Source: Octopus sinensis (lineage: Eukaryota). Taken from it: DNA of 64,000 nucleotides. The notes below the pieces were generated by a model. It had not been told where the DNA came from. It searched no databases and worked only from the letters and a program-made list of their open reading frames with translations. Location of the stretch: contig NC_043003.1 in NCBI RefSeq assembly GCF_006345805.1, positions 65,286,001 through 65,350,000 of the forward strand, in the 5' to 3' direction. The translations under genes and the position numbers were made by a program. This document shows, one piece after another, positions 25,594-38,384 of the stretch. The stretch's first letter is position 1. Every line of letters starts with the position of its first letter.

Positions 25594-26006
25594 GTACATT
25601 ATTTACAATGGACGGATAGGTGTGTTCACCTTGTTTGTTGCTATTACAACGTTTCAGCTGATGTGTTCAGTATACTGCTCACATTCCTAAGGTATTCCTA
25701 AGGTATGACCATGGACATATAGCGTAGTGGATAAGTGTGCGGGCTACTAACCTCCGGATCCTAAGTTCAATCCCAGGCAGAGATTGAAAAATGATACCAA
25801 CAGAAATATAACATCAGCAACATACCTTAGGAATGAGAACAGTATACCCCATTAGTCAAATAAAGGGTTGGGTTCAAAATTCCACTAAAACACCCGATGA
25901 AGGCTGGAGAGAACATCAGTCGAAACATTGTGATAGCAACAAACAAGGTGAGGAGACCTATCCGTCCATTGTAAATACTTCCTCATCTCAGAAATGTAGA
26001 AGTGTA
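25594..26006 (+). mobile_element. H1 tRNA-headed hammerhead SINE, older diverged copy with 5' inverted arm
   Basis: Inverted tail at about 25594-25706; head GGACATATAGCGTAGTGG at 25713; CCGATGAAGGCTG...CAGTCGAAACATTGTG; full 3' extension to 26006. Confidence 0.8.
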
Positions 26007-26617
26007 ATGACTGTGGGTCTTAAAATGTTTTTTTTTAAATTTTGTTTTACACAAAGGAGATTAATAAATGGTTTTCTATATTTTTGCTTGTTTTATCTTT
26101 TGGTCAAGAAGGAATGAAATTGGCCAAGATCGGTTGCATGGATTCGACGATTGACAGGAGAGTGGTAGAAAGGTGACATGAGACTGGGAACATGGTCGAG
26201 ATACTTACATCCGAGTGGACTTCGTTAAAGTTACCCAATGTTGTAGCCAGTAATACTTTACGGAATTACAGACACCACCTAAATAGGCCATACATACATT
26301 ATAACTGGAACAAATCTCGCAAAGCTTTTTGTCCGCGCTTTTAGGTCCATCGTCTTGAAATAAATTTTTTTTTATCGAGTTTGAAGGGACAAATTGAAAA
26401 CTTAGCCACAGTAGGGGCTCGGAATGCAAAGAGCCAGCATAAAAACGCCGAAGTATTCTGTCCGAAGCCCTAACACCGCTGCTAATTTGTCAAGCGTTTC
26501 TTAAATTCCCATCCGAAGTGAACCAGTAATATTTGGTTACATGTCCGGCTTGTTACAAATACAAAGGAGTTCAGAACAACTGACCCAATGCTTAATTCAT
26601 TATTTAAGTTGATTAAG

Positions 26618-26832
26618 GGAGCGAACCGGCAGAATCGTTAGCACACCGGACAAAATGCTAGGCAACATTTCGTCCGTCTTTACGTTTTGAGTTCAAATGC
26701 TGCAGATGTCAACTTTGCCATTCATCCTTTCGGGGTCGATAAAATAATTACTTTTTGAGCAGTGGGGTCGATGTAATCGACTAGTTCCCCACTCCCAAAA
26801 TTTCAGGCTTTGTGCGGTAGTAGAAAGATTAT
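26618..26832 (+). mobile_element. SINE-B
   Basis: Head, core and tail similarity to other copies. Confidence 0.85.
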
Positions 26833-26930
26833 TTAAGGTAACAGGATGTAGTTTCTATTGTTAATTTTGATGCTAATTCTAGTAATATGTTGTTTCTATC
26901 TTTATCGAGCAGATCTCCCATCAAAGGTAT

Positions 26931-27049
26931 CCCGTCTTTCCGACCCGTCCTTCAGATCCACACCTTCAGGTCCGTCCTTCAGACCCGTCCTTCAGACCCG
27001 TCCTTCAGACCCGTCCTTCAGACCCGTCCTTCAGACCCGTCCTTCAGAC
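26931..27049. repeat. 13-bp minisatellite (CCGTCCTTCAGAC)n
   Basis: 6 perfect units at 26972-27049 plus about 3 degenerate units upstream. Confidence 0.95.
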
Positions 27050-27159
27050 ACATTTTTTTCTTCAGCTCTAGGTTCATAAGAGCGAATACCCGGTTTCCAT
27101 GATCTATAGATGGCCGAAATCACTTAATTTCCTCTGTATGGGACTCCGGTCTGTTGTAG

Positions 27160-27358
27160 GGTTCGATACCAGGAATTTTGAGGAAGTGGGATATGTGTCT
27201 ATTACATTAATTCCAGTACTTGACTGGCACTTAATTTTATCGAACCCGAAAGGATGAGAGTTGATCTCGGTGAGATTTGAACTCATAACGTGAAGAGCCG
27301 GAAGTCATGCTGCTTAGCATTTTGTCCGGCATGCTAATGTTTCTGCGAGCTCACCGCT
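27160..27358 (-). mobile_element. SINE-B, diverged
   Basis: Reverse complement of the SINE-B head and core. Confidence 0.8.
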
Positions 27359-28015
27359 TTATTGTGTATTTAGTCATACATAATCAAATATGTCCTTCAT
27401 TACGAAACGCGTTAGAGCGTAGTTTTAAATAACTTTGGATGATGTTTCTAGCACTTTCGTTTCTTTCGTTATTAGTGCTTCTAACAATTTGATGGGGGTC
27501 TATGGTTATGCAATCCTTCTTTTTCTTTCTAAATGATGAATTAACTTACAAATGCAAAGCATAGAATTTATTTGTCTGACATATACTAGCACCGAAAAGA
27601 AATATCAGAACACATACTTATCAGAAATTTATCAATGTAAAAAAAAAAAAAAAATAAATAAATAAAGCGTAATGCTTTCAGAGCAAAAATTTAATCTTAA
27701 AAATCATTGAATATAGACGAAATTTGTCATAAAATACGTAAGCGATTTTAACTACAAGAAAATGGTCGCCTCGTATTCGAACAAATACAGTCTTCCTTCT
27801 GAAATAGCTAAACAAATTTTTTGAAAGTTGTTATCAGATGATCTGCGCCTAATAATTAAAATTTTTTTTATTGTTTCACTTTTACCAATTTATAATAATT
27901 TATCTAAATCCTATGCATTTTTCTTTTCTGCTTATCTTTATTATTAATTTTTTACGTAATTTTATGATTTCCAATAAAATGAGTCATCTAACCTCTACAT
28001 TGCAATAGCTTACAA

Positions 28016-28055
<40 letters not shown>

Positions 28056-28057
<2 letters not shown>

Positions 28058-28449
28058 ACTCTTTTACTTGTTTCAGTCATTTGACTGTGGCTATGCTGGA
28101 GCACCGCCTTTAGTCGAGCAAATTGCCCCCAGGGCTTATTCTGTCTAAGCCTAGTATTTATTCTATCAGTCTCTTTTGCTGAACCACTAAATTAAGGGGA
28201 CGTAAACACACCCGGATCGGTTGTTAAGCGATGTTATGGGGGCGACAAACACAGGCACACAAACACACACACACATATATACATATATACGACGGGCTTC
28301 TTTTAGTTTCCGTCATCCAAATCCAATCACAAGGCATTGGTCGGCCCGAGGCTATAGTAGAAGACACTTGTTCAAGGTGCCATGCAGTGGGATTGAACCC
28401 GGAACCATGTGGCTGGTAAGCAAGCTACTTACCACACAGCTACTCCTAT
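28056..28449 (-). mobile_element. SINE-A
   Basis: Full-length reverse-complement copy. Confidence 0.9.
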
Positions 28450-28802
28450 TTTTCATTCTAAAAATATGAAATAAAAATGATAAGGGCTAGCTGACACATA
28501 ATGGTTATATGAAGCTTTCTTCTGCATTTGGTATGTAGTAAACTCAACGTAAGACTTGTACAGTGGAAAATAAAACGAGCGTGTAAAGATATCTGAAGTG
28601 ATACACGACGCGAGTAAAATATAGGTAGACAGACAGACACGCGGAAAGCGAAGGAGACAAAGCAAGGGAGAATGACGGTGGGGATTGTTATAATAACATT
28701 AAAACAAACATAGGAAGTGTTTTGTTTAATGGAATCTAAGAAGTGAGGATTAACGATGTATGTGAGTTTACTAATCAAGTAGATATAATTTTATTTTTGT
28801 AG

Positions 28803-28829
28803 GCGCTGTCAAGAATATTGGTCAGTGAG
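28803..28829 (+). other. Candidate 27-nt microexon
   Basis: TACTAAT branch-like motif about 28 nt upstream, TTTTATTTTTGTAG acceptor, GAG/GTGAGT donor; length divisible by 3; two of three frames open. Confidence 0.3.
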
Positions 28830-29363
28830 GTGAGTATATCAGAGTTTTGGAAATAAAGGATTCTTTAAATATTCTGAAATATTTAGAGATGAGAAGCGAA
28901 ATTCTCTCAAGGGATATTTTGTTGTTTTAGCATTTCTTGAGTATATAATATTATCTGTGAATGGTAATTAGAGTTATTTGTAAGGCTCCATAAGCTGAGC
29001 ATTGTTTATATATGACAGAGGAAACAAGCAAAACCGTTTTCTTCTTTTTGGGGGTCCTATCACGTTTCTGCTTTATAATCCAATGAAACTTATTAAAGTT
29101 CCTATTGAATGTTTGGACCCAAGCCGAATAGGAAGTGCAAATAAGCACCAGATGGATTCTTAGTTAATAAAGTATATGACCAATAAGATTGAGAAGATTG
29201 TGGGAGGTCTTCGTGTCAGAAGATCCGACCAAATTCCTGCTGGTCTTTAAAATTAATAGGGCAAGCAGGGATAAAAACAACGCCAATAAAATGATGAGAT
29301 AGAAGCGAAAATAGTAAGGGGCTGTATTAGATATAAGAGGTCTTTACGTCAAACGTATAAAAA

Positions 29364-29725
29364 TGGCACAGGAGTGGCTGTGTGGTAAGAAGCTTACTTC
29401 ATAACCACATAGTGATGGGTTCAGTCCCACAGTGTGGCACCTTGGGCAAATGTCTTCTTCTGTAGCCTTGGACCGACCAAAGTCTTTGGATTTGAAACTG
29501 AAAGAAGCCCGTCGTAAATGCGTGTGTGTATGTGTTTTCCCCCCACCATCGCTTTACAACCGATGTTGCTGTGTTTACGTCCCCGTAACCTAGCGGTTCG
29601 GCAAAAGCAACCGATAGAATCAGAAAAGAATAAGCTTATAAAAAATACGTTCTGTCGTCGATTTGTTCCACTAAAGGCGGTGCTCCAGCATGACCGCAGT
29701 CAAAGGACTGAAACAAGTAAAAGAA
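29364..29725 (+). mobile_element. SINE-A
   Basis: Starts TGGCACAGGAGTGGCTGTGTGGTAAG; full tail. Confidence 0.9.
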
Positions 29726-29967
29726 AATTTAAGAATATAGAAAATTGTCGAATTTAAAGATTTCCAGAGTAAGAGTATAACGCTAATATACAGAATAATG
29801 AGTATCTGCGCTGGATATGATTCGAATGCTGACTGAACCGAGAAGCTGTGACGAAATAATTTTCATTATATACTGTTTTCTGTCAATGCATCGTGCTTTT
29901 CTACAAGCACACAGTCAAAACGTAAGAATGATGCATGCCCTATGTATATACGAACGTATGTATGTAT

Positions 29968-30072
29968 ATGTGGCGAAAGAGTACAGCAGCGATCGCCACC
30001 ACCCCCTGCCGGAGCCTCGTGGAGTTTTAGGTGTTTTCGCTCAAGAAACACAACGCCATTGTGCCTCCACAC
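29968..30072 (-). mobile_element. Inverted partial duplicate of the OR-like SINE at 30848
   Basis: Reverse complement of about 30848-30952, sharing the same internal deletion. Confidence 0.9.
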
Positions 30073-30701
30073 ATACACACACACACATATATATATATAT
30101 GTATGTATGTATGTATATATATATGTATGTATGTATGTATGTATATATATATGTATGTATGTATATATATACGTATGTATATATGTATATGTATGTATGT
30201 ATGTATGTATATATATATGTATGTATGTATATATGTATATATATGTATGTATATATGTGTATGTATATATGTATATATGTATATGTATGTATGTATGTAT
30301 GTATGTATATATGTATATGTATGTATATATATATATGTATATATGTATATGTATGTATGTATGTATGTATGTATATATGTATATGTATGTATGTATGTAT
30401 ATATGTATATGTATGTATGTATATATATATATATGTATATATGTATATATATGTATCTATATATGTATATGTATGTATGTATGCATATATGTATGTATGT
30501 ATATATATATATGTATGTATGTATGCATATATGTACATATGTATATATGTATATATATGTATGTATGTATATTATGTATATATATGTATGTATATATGTA
30601 TATATATGTATATATGTATATATATGTATGTATGTATATAGTATATATATGTATATATGTATATATATGTATGTATATATATATGTATGTATATATATAT
30701 G

Positions 30702-30737
<36 letters not shown>

Positions 30738-30847
30738 TGTATTATATATATATATATGTATATATATATATGTATATATGTAATATAATATATATATGTA
30801 TATATATATATATTATATATATGTGTGTGTGTGTGTGTATATATATA
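30073..30847. repeat. (TATG)/(TA) compound microsatellite
   Basis: Directly visible. Confidence 0.95.
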
Positions 30848-31089
30848 TGTGTGGAGGCGCAATGGCGTTGTGTTTCTTGAGCGAAAACACCTAAAACTCC
30901 ACGAGGCTCCGGCAGGGGGTGGTGGCGATCCCTGCTATACTCTTTCGCCACAACTTTCTCTCACTCTTTCTTCTGTTGGCTTGTTCACTTAGCCAGCGTG
31001 GTGGCGTCATTTGAAGGCCAAAACAATGCGAAGCGCATTGTGACCAGCAATGTGTAGCAACATCTGATAGCCCGGTCGGTCACGGTGAT
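30848..31089 (+). mobile_element. OR-like SINE with deleted tRNA region
   Basis: GGAGGCGCAATGGC is joined directly to GTTGTG; compare the intact head at 39890-39966. Confidence 0.85.
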
Positions 31090-31423
31090 ATATATATATA
31101 TATATATAAAAGTACCTTGTTATATACTTTCAAGACGACATAGAGTAGTAACGTGTATTAAGCAGTAGAGCGAATTGCTGCATCAAAGTAGCAGGGGAAT
31201 GTTACTACTAGTTTAACCCCAGGCAGATTCTCCACCAGCTGGTTTTCAATGCAACGTTCTGCGTCTTTTATATACAATGCATCGCTATCAGGAGGAGCGT
31301 ACTCCTACTAACAGTACATTAGCTAACAGGAACATGGGTCTAGCCCAGATTCGAATCTTCGTCAGCCACGCGCACCTGCGCAATGGAGTGATAGCCGAGA
31401 TCCGCTTCTGCCCGCAATATATT

Positions 31424-32135
31424 CTTTTCTGTTCTAGGCACAAGGACCGAAATTTTGGGGAAGGAAACCAGTCGATTAGATCGACCCCGTTACTCAACTG
31501 GTACTAAATTTATTGACCCCGAAAGGATGAAAGGCAAAGTCGACCTGGGCGGAATTTGAGCTCAGAACATAAAGCCAGACGAAATATCTATTTCTTTACT
31601 ACCCACAAGGGGCTAAACACAGAGGACAAACAAGGACAGACAAACGGATTAAGTCGATTATATCGACCCCAATGCGTAACTGGTACTTAATTTATTGACC
31701 CCGAAAGGATGAAAGGCAAAGTCGACCTCGGTGGAATTTGAACTCAGAACGTAGAGGCAGACGAAATATGGCTACGCATTTCGCCCGGCGTGCCAACGTT
31801 TCTTATTTCTTTACTATCCACAAGGGGCTACACACAGAGGGGACAAACAAGGACAAACGGATGAAGTCGATTACATCGACTCCAGTGTGTAACTGGTACT
31901 TATTTAAGCGACCCCGAAACGATGAAAGGCAAAGTCGACCTTGGCGGAATTTGAGCTCAGAACGTAAACCCAGACGAAATACCTATTTCTTTACTACCCA
32001 CAAGGGGATAAACACAGACGGGGACAAACAAGGACAGACACACGGATTAAGTCGATTACGTCGACACCAGTGTGTAACTGGTACTTATTTAATCGAAATT
32101 TTGGAGGAGGGGGCCGGTCAATTAGATCGACCCCA
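31424..32135 (-). mobile_element. Head-to-tail stack of SINE-B segments with a 10-bp flanking duplication
   Basis: Three cores plus a partial fourth; GCAATATATT at 31414-31423 and 32136-32145. Confidence 0.9.
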
Positions 32136-32498
32136 GCAATATATTGTATATGAAGGGACCATAGATCACTGATTTGCAACAAGTCAACTGGGCCTGTTCC
32201 ATGTTCCTGTTAGCTGATGGAGTCTTTGTAGGGATTCGCTCCCCCTGCTAGCGAGGTATTGTATATAAAGGATGCAGAACGTTGCATCGAAAACCAGCTG
32301 GCGAAGAATCTGCATAGGGTTAAACTATCAGTAACATTCACCTGCGACTTTGATGTGGCAACTCATTTTACGGTTTCGTACACGTTACTAGTCTTGAGAT
32401 TTCATAAGTAGCTACTTTGCTTGTTGCAAATCAGTGACCGGTGTTCACTTTGTTAACAACATGTTGCTGGCAGAGGCGGATCTTAGCGATTATTCCAT

Positions 32499-32569
32499 AG
32501 CGCAGGTGCGCGTAGCTGACGAAGAACCAACTAGCTCGAAACTGGGCCCGTCCCACGTTCCTGTTAGCT
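32499..32569 (+). ncRNA. Type I hammerhead ribozyme motif with extended stem I
   Basis: AGC-GCAGG-ugc-GCGUAG CUGACGA A GAAC(CAACUA)GCUC GAAAC UGGGCCC GUC/CCACGU-u-CCUGU-ua-GCU; intact core, one A.C mismatch in each of stems I and II; predicted cut after 32552. Confidence 0.8.
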
Positions 32570-32715
32570 GATGCAGTGTTAGTAAGAGTACGCTCCCCCC
32601 TGATAGCGATGTATCGATTGTATCGTGGGTTAAACCTAGCTATTCCTGTATCTCAATTTCGCACATCCAAGCACAATCAATTGAATAGCTTTTCTACCAT
32701 GCGTTCCAAGCCTAC

Positions 32716-33145
32716 AACTCTTTTACTCTTTTAGTTGTTTCAGTCATGTGACAGTGGCCATGCTGGAGCACCGCTTTTAGTCGAGCAAATCGAACCCAGG
32801 ACTTATACTTTGTAATCCCAGTACTTATTCTATAGGTCTCTTTTGCCGAACCGCTAAGTTACGGGGACGTAAACACACCACCATCGGTTGTCAAGCGATA
32901 TTAGGTGGGGGGACAAGCACAGACACATAAACATATATACACACATAAATATATATATATATATATATATACAAATATACGACGGGCTTCTTTCAGTTTC
33001 CGTCTACCAAATCCTCTTACAAGGCTTTGGTCGGCCCCGGGGCTATAGTAGAAGACACTTGCCCAAGGTGCCACGCAGTGGGACTGAACCCGAAACCACG
33101 TAGTTGGTAAGCAAGCTACTTACTACACAGCCACTCCTACGCCTA
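32716..33145 (-). mobile_element. SINE-A
   Basis: Full-length reverse-complement copy. Confidence 0.9.
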
Positions 33146-33993
33146 TGTTTAACTACGGCACACATCTTGATGTTTATACCAACTTTGTCACATACTTATA
33201 TAGTCAGATGATGTCTGGATGGTTTTAAATAAGCTTGAAGACTATGAACAGAAATGCCATGCACTAATTCTTCTCATATTCTATGATACGATTTAATACA
33301 GTCTTTCTAAAAATTCTCGACACTTCATAAATTACGACAAAAGCTAAATGCCGCCGCAAATGATAAATCTTCAGCATTGAAAACATTTTTTTCTTGTTTC
33401 TGTTGCCAGTTCTACTGAGTTTTGCTACTGTCGTCGTTAATGTTGGTTTGTTGATAATGTTTTTTAGGCGGAGGGTGGGGAAAGAAAGCTTTTTTTTTTT
33501 TAAAGAATTTCCCCCTCGCTTTCTATTTTATTTGTGATCTCAGGGAGACGCAGACTGACGGTGGAGGGTGTGAATTCTGTCACCAAATTCTCGCGGAACC
33601 ATTTATCATTTCGCAATTCCCAGCTGTTGGTAAGGTGTTACAGAAAACATATTCTTGCATTGGGTAACGTTGTACAAAACTTAGTATATATAGGAAAAGA
33701 ACGCGAAATTATATTTTTTACGCTGGAATTTCTTCTTTTCTTTTACAGAGGATAGGCCTGCAAAGATGGCCTTGTCACTAAAATTTTATGGGGAGAGATA
33801 AAAAAACAATTTCAAGATCGACTGACAAAACGCAAAGAATTTATGAATAAATAAGAAAAACCAAAGAAGAGAAAATCAACTCGAGTGTGAGAGACGGAAA
33901 ACGGCATATGTATGTATGTATGTATGTATGTATGTTATATATATACAGAGAAAAAGTGAGAGATAGAGAGAGCGACAGCGAGACGGGGGAGGA

Positions 33994-34024
<31 letters not shown>

Positions 34025-34032
34025 AAAAGAAG

Positions 34033-34063
<31 letters not shown>

Positions 34064-34430
34064 GGAGGAGGAGGAGGAAAGTGTGGAAGACGAGCGAAAA
34101 TATATTTTCTGTTTCAGATGATGCTATCAAATATGGGAAACAACTCGCAGATTAAGTTTCATCACCTTATCTAGAAATTTTGTGAAGGAAATGTCTTCCC
34201 TCTTCCCCTCCTCTTCTTCTTCGTCAGATTAGAAAATATATATATGCTCACACACACATTATATATGCATACATACATATGCATATAGATATAGTTGTAT
34301 CTCACTCACAGGATGTACGTAAGTGTGGTGTGTTTCTGTGTATATATCTATGCACACACTCACACACACACGCACACTAGAACGCACACATATTCACATT
34401 GTTCCCATCGGCCATCATTTACGCATATAT

Positions 34431-34462
<32 letters not shown>

Positions 34463-34481
34463 ATATATATATATATATATA

Positions 34482-34620
34482 CAGGGATTTGACAGACTAA
34501 TTGAAACACCTTAAAATTTCAAACAAATTTATTTTAATATAACATTGGAGCACCTTTGGCAGTAATTACACCTTGAATTCTACGAGGAATGGACTCGTAC
34601 ACAGTTTGAATAGTTTGTAG
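34482..34620 (-). mobile_element. Tc1-like transposon 3' end and TIR
   Basis: Minus strand translates LQTIQTVYESIPRRIQGVITAKGAPMLY* (Tc1 C-terminus); terminus CAGGGATTTGACAGACTAATTGAAACACC next to (TA)n. Confidence 0.8.
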
Positions 34621-35869
34621 GTAAGTATGTATGTATGTATATCTCCTTGCCTTGGCTTCTCGCGGGGGAAGATACCAATGCCTGGGGCAAGCTTGCTGAT
34701 TCTCAACGAGTCAGATTGGAGACAGACAGGCACGGTGGCAAAGGCTACATGGGGAGGCAGGCTGATGAGAGTTGGCCACTGTTCTTCCTCTTTCTCTTGT
34801 TTATAAGTATAGTTCTGCTGTATCCTCAAATGAAGATATTGCTCGGAGAACATTGAGACGCTTAGCTTCACGGATAGCTAAATAACAGATCAATAATGGT
34901 GATTAATGGAGCAGGTACCAATGGACTTTAAAGAGGCTTTGTGTCCCTTCTTTGTTGTCACGGCGACCAGAGGATATCCCGTTCACTGTGAGTAGCGAAT
35001 AGTAGTTAGGTAGGCTTGTTGAGAGGATCATTTCTATCTCCCCCCTTTCACTGAATGAAGCAGGTCATCAATGTAAAGGATTTATTGGAAATGAGCTATA
35101 TCCTTTCTAGCTTCCACGACCATCTCACCTTTTTCACCAACATGTCGGTTCATGGTTAACAGTTACCAGCAACGTTTCCCTAGCTCCCATTTGTTGCCTG
35201 CATTTCATTGGTGCACGTCATGGATGGTTGTTTACTGTTTGGAGTAAACTCTCAGAAGAATGGATTAAAATGAGGGTACTTTGTCATGAAAAATCTGCCA
35301 TCATGCAATCTAAGTCCCACATGCCTCCTACATGTGCACTATAATAAATACGTAAGAAGAGGCAAGCTTTGATACCAGATAGTAGTTGCGTTAACATAGA
35401 TCAGCTGAGAAACTAATACATATAGATCAGTACTACTTGTCATACGTTCGAGAAATGGGAGGCAAAGCCTTTCTGATTAAAATGAAGTGTCACAGGGTGG
35501 TTGACGTCCCTGAGCTCCAACCTCTATTTAAAACTTCAGTGGCCAACAACATTGGAGTGGATTCATGAGAAGACATCTCAGTCTTGAATGGACAGTAGAG
35601 AACACAGTTATTGGTTGTATGGTATAGCAGATTGTATACTTTTGATCGTAAGTCTCGTTGATCAGGTTTAGCTTGGGACTAGAACAATAATATCAAACAA
35701 AAAAAAAAAAGAGAGAAGTAACAAGGGAAGAGAACATTAATAAAGCTAAAGGGGTTTCACCTTCAGATAATGAAATAAGCAAGTGTTTGAGCGCAAGTGT
35801 CGCCAGTTATGACTATATCTCATTCGGCTTTTGATCTACGTGTTTGTTAATATGACGTTTTATTAATGT

Positions 35870-35872
35870 GAC

Positions 35873-35903
<31 letters not shown>

Positions 35904-36492
35904 CATACATACATACATACATATATACATACATACATATATACATACATACATATATACATACATACATATATACATACATATACATAATATATATATA
36001 CATATACATATAATATACATACATATATAATACATATACATATATATACATATATATAACATATACATATAATATATACATATATATATATATTATTATA
36101 TACCACATCTAATACATATATATATATATACATCTACATACATATATATACATATACACACATACATATATATATACATCTACATACATATATATACATC
36201 TACATACATATATATATATATACATACATATACATACATATATATATACACATATACATACATATATATATACACATATACATACATATATATATACACA
36301 TATACATACATATATATACACATGTACATACGTATATATATACACATGTACATACGTATATATATATATACACATATACATACGTATATATATACACACA
36401 CACATATATATATATAACCGCCACACAAATCTGCATATACATACACAGACTAACGCATACATATTCGGTATATAAAATGCTATATATTTATG

Positions 36493-36549
<57 letters not shown>

Positions 36550-36880
36550 ATATATGTATATATACTCATATATGCATGTATATATACATATAGATGTAGG
36601 TATGTACATTTATATATATATATGTATACATTTATATATATATAATTATACACACATATATATATACATATCTATATGTACATATATATATACATATCTA
36701 TATGTACGTACATATATACATATACATATATAGATATACATATATATTTAGGTATATATCTATGTACATGTAGATATATATATCTATATATATATACGTA
36801 TATATATATACCTGTATATATATACCTATATATATATGTATATATATAAGTATATATATATATATATATACATACACATG
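35870..36880. repeat. (TA)/(TACA)/(TG) compound microsatellite
   Basis: Directly visible. Confidence 0.95.
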
Positions 36881-37433
36881 ATTCTCTGTCTGGCCTTCTA
36901 TATGTATTGCGCGTGTATACCTTACAAATGCATGCAATATATATTGCTCACCTCTACGAACACGCACGATTGTGTGCCTTGCTATATATGTATATATACA
37001 TATAAAAAAAATTCTGCGAGTTTTGCACACAATAAAACTAACAGATGCCCCAATATGTTAAAAGCAATAAGCAAGGTTTTATTTTATATCCATTTCCCAT
37101 CGAATTATTGATAATAAACTCTTATCTAAATGTTATTTGTGCTCCGTTGTAACTTTTCCCTTGTGATTTATTAAAAAAAAACCCAAAAGAATACGCTGAT
37201 GATATTCACTAATGGGTGGAGATTGAAGAATGCAGTAATTACAGTGTATTTGGACATGAAATTGTATCGAATAAATATGAACAACAAACAATAGAAATGG
37301 AATGAGAAAATGTAATTCAATCTGTTGTTACGACGTTCCTTGATTTCTCTGAATATTTTCATGTTTTTCATTTTACTGCTTTACGTTCTTTTCTCACTCG
37401 TATGTCTATGCAAGCATGTGAGTATGTAGGCGT

Positions 37434-37469
<36 letters not shown>

Positions 37470-37496
37470 CATATATTCTTTTATTCGTTTCTTTTA

Positions 37497-37729
37497 TTCT
37501 TTGCTTGTTTCGGTTATTTGACTGCGGCCATGCTGGAGCATCGCCTTTAGTCGAACAAGTCGACCCCAGGATTTATTCTTAGTAAGCCTAGCACTTATGC
37601 TATCGGTTTCTTTTGCAAGACCTCTAGGTTACAGGGACGTAAACACACCACCATCGGTTGTCAAGCGATGGTAGGAAACAAACGCAGACACACAAACACA
37701 GATATACACACACATACATAAACACACGC

Positions 37730-37769
<40 letters not shown>

Positions 37770-37925
37770 GACTAGTTTTTAATTTTCCATCTACCATATC
37801 CACTCAGAAGGCATTGGTCGGCTCGAGGCTACAGTAGAAAACACTTGCCCAATATGCCACGCAATAGGACTGAACCTGGAACCATGTCGTTGGTAAGCAA
37901 GCTACCTACCAAACAGCCACTCCTA
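37497..37925 (-). mobile_element. SINE-A
   Basis: Reverse-complement copy. Confidence 0.9.
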
Positions 37926-38067
37926 TATATATATATATTTATATTATATTTATAAGTGAATATTTTCAAGTGAAAAAATTTACAGATTTTTTCTCTTACG
38001 AGGTTTTTCACGCTAACTACTTGATAATTTCTTATTATGATTTTAACCTATTTTAAAAAATTATATA

Positions 38068-38099
<32 letters not shown>

Positions 38100-38167
38100 T
38101 ATATTGTTGTTTCCTACAGCTGTCTCTCCGTCTTTTGTTTTTTTGTGAATCCCCCCCCCTATATATA

Positions 38168-38215
<48 letters not shown>

Positions 38216-38384
38216 ATATATGAAATATATGATTGCTCGAAATGGTCAGTAGATAGACAGCCGACAATTGATGAAGGGTCGTTCTTTGTATTCTTTGATT
38301 CACTTACCCGTTTTACCTTTTTCTCTCGTTATTTGTGTATTTAACTCATATACATATACATACATATATATAAGAAATGTAGCC

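Larger units (their letters stand above)
31130..32635 (+). mobile_element. Retrozyme/Penelope-like non-coding element H3 (inverted monomer plus ~1.2 direct monomers of 354 bp)
   Basis: AACTGGGCC...TTCCTGTTAGCTGATG recurs at 32186 and 32540; 31130-31423 plus 32136-32182 is its reverse complement, split by a SINE-B cluster. Confidence 0.85.

Noticed and set aside
26205-26429. Minus-strand ORF with CxxC ending at a GTAAGT donor
   Set aside because: No recognisable domain and the acceptor is ambiguous; compatible with chance.
29817-30880. Long ORFs (250-312 aa) and the many other YI/CV/HT/LSIY-rich ORFs
   Set aside because: They are translations of stop-poor microsatellites with no protein-like complexity.
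33544-33790. Possible plus-strand exons (CAG...GTAAGG; strong acceptor near 33748)
   Set aside because: No coherent reading frame or matching donor; insufficient support without RNA data.
38228-38285. Type II hammerhead reading of CTCGAAATGGTC...TTGATGAAGGGT
   Set aside because: Stem I does not pair and the core is mutated; at most a decayed pLTR end.
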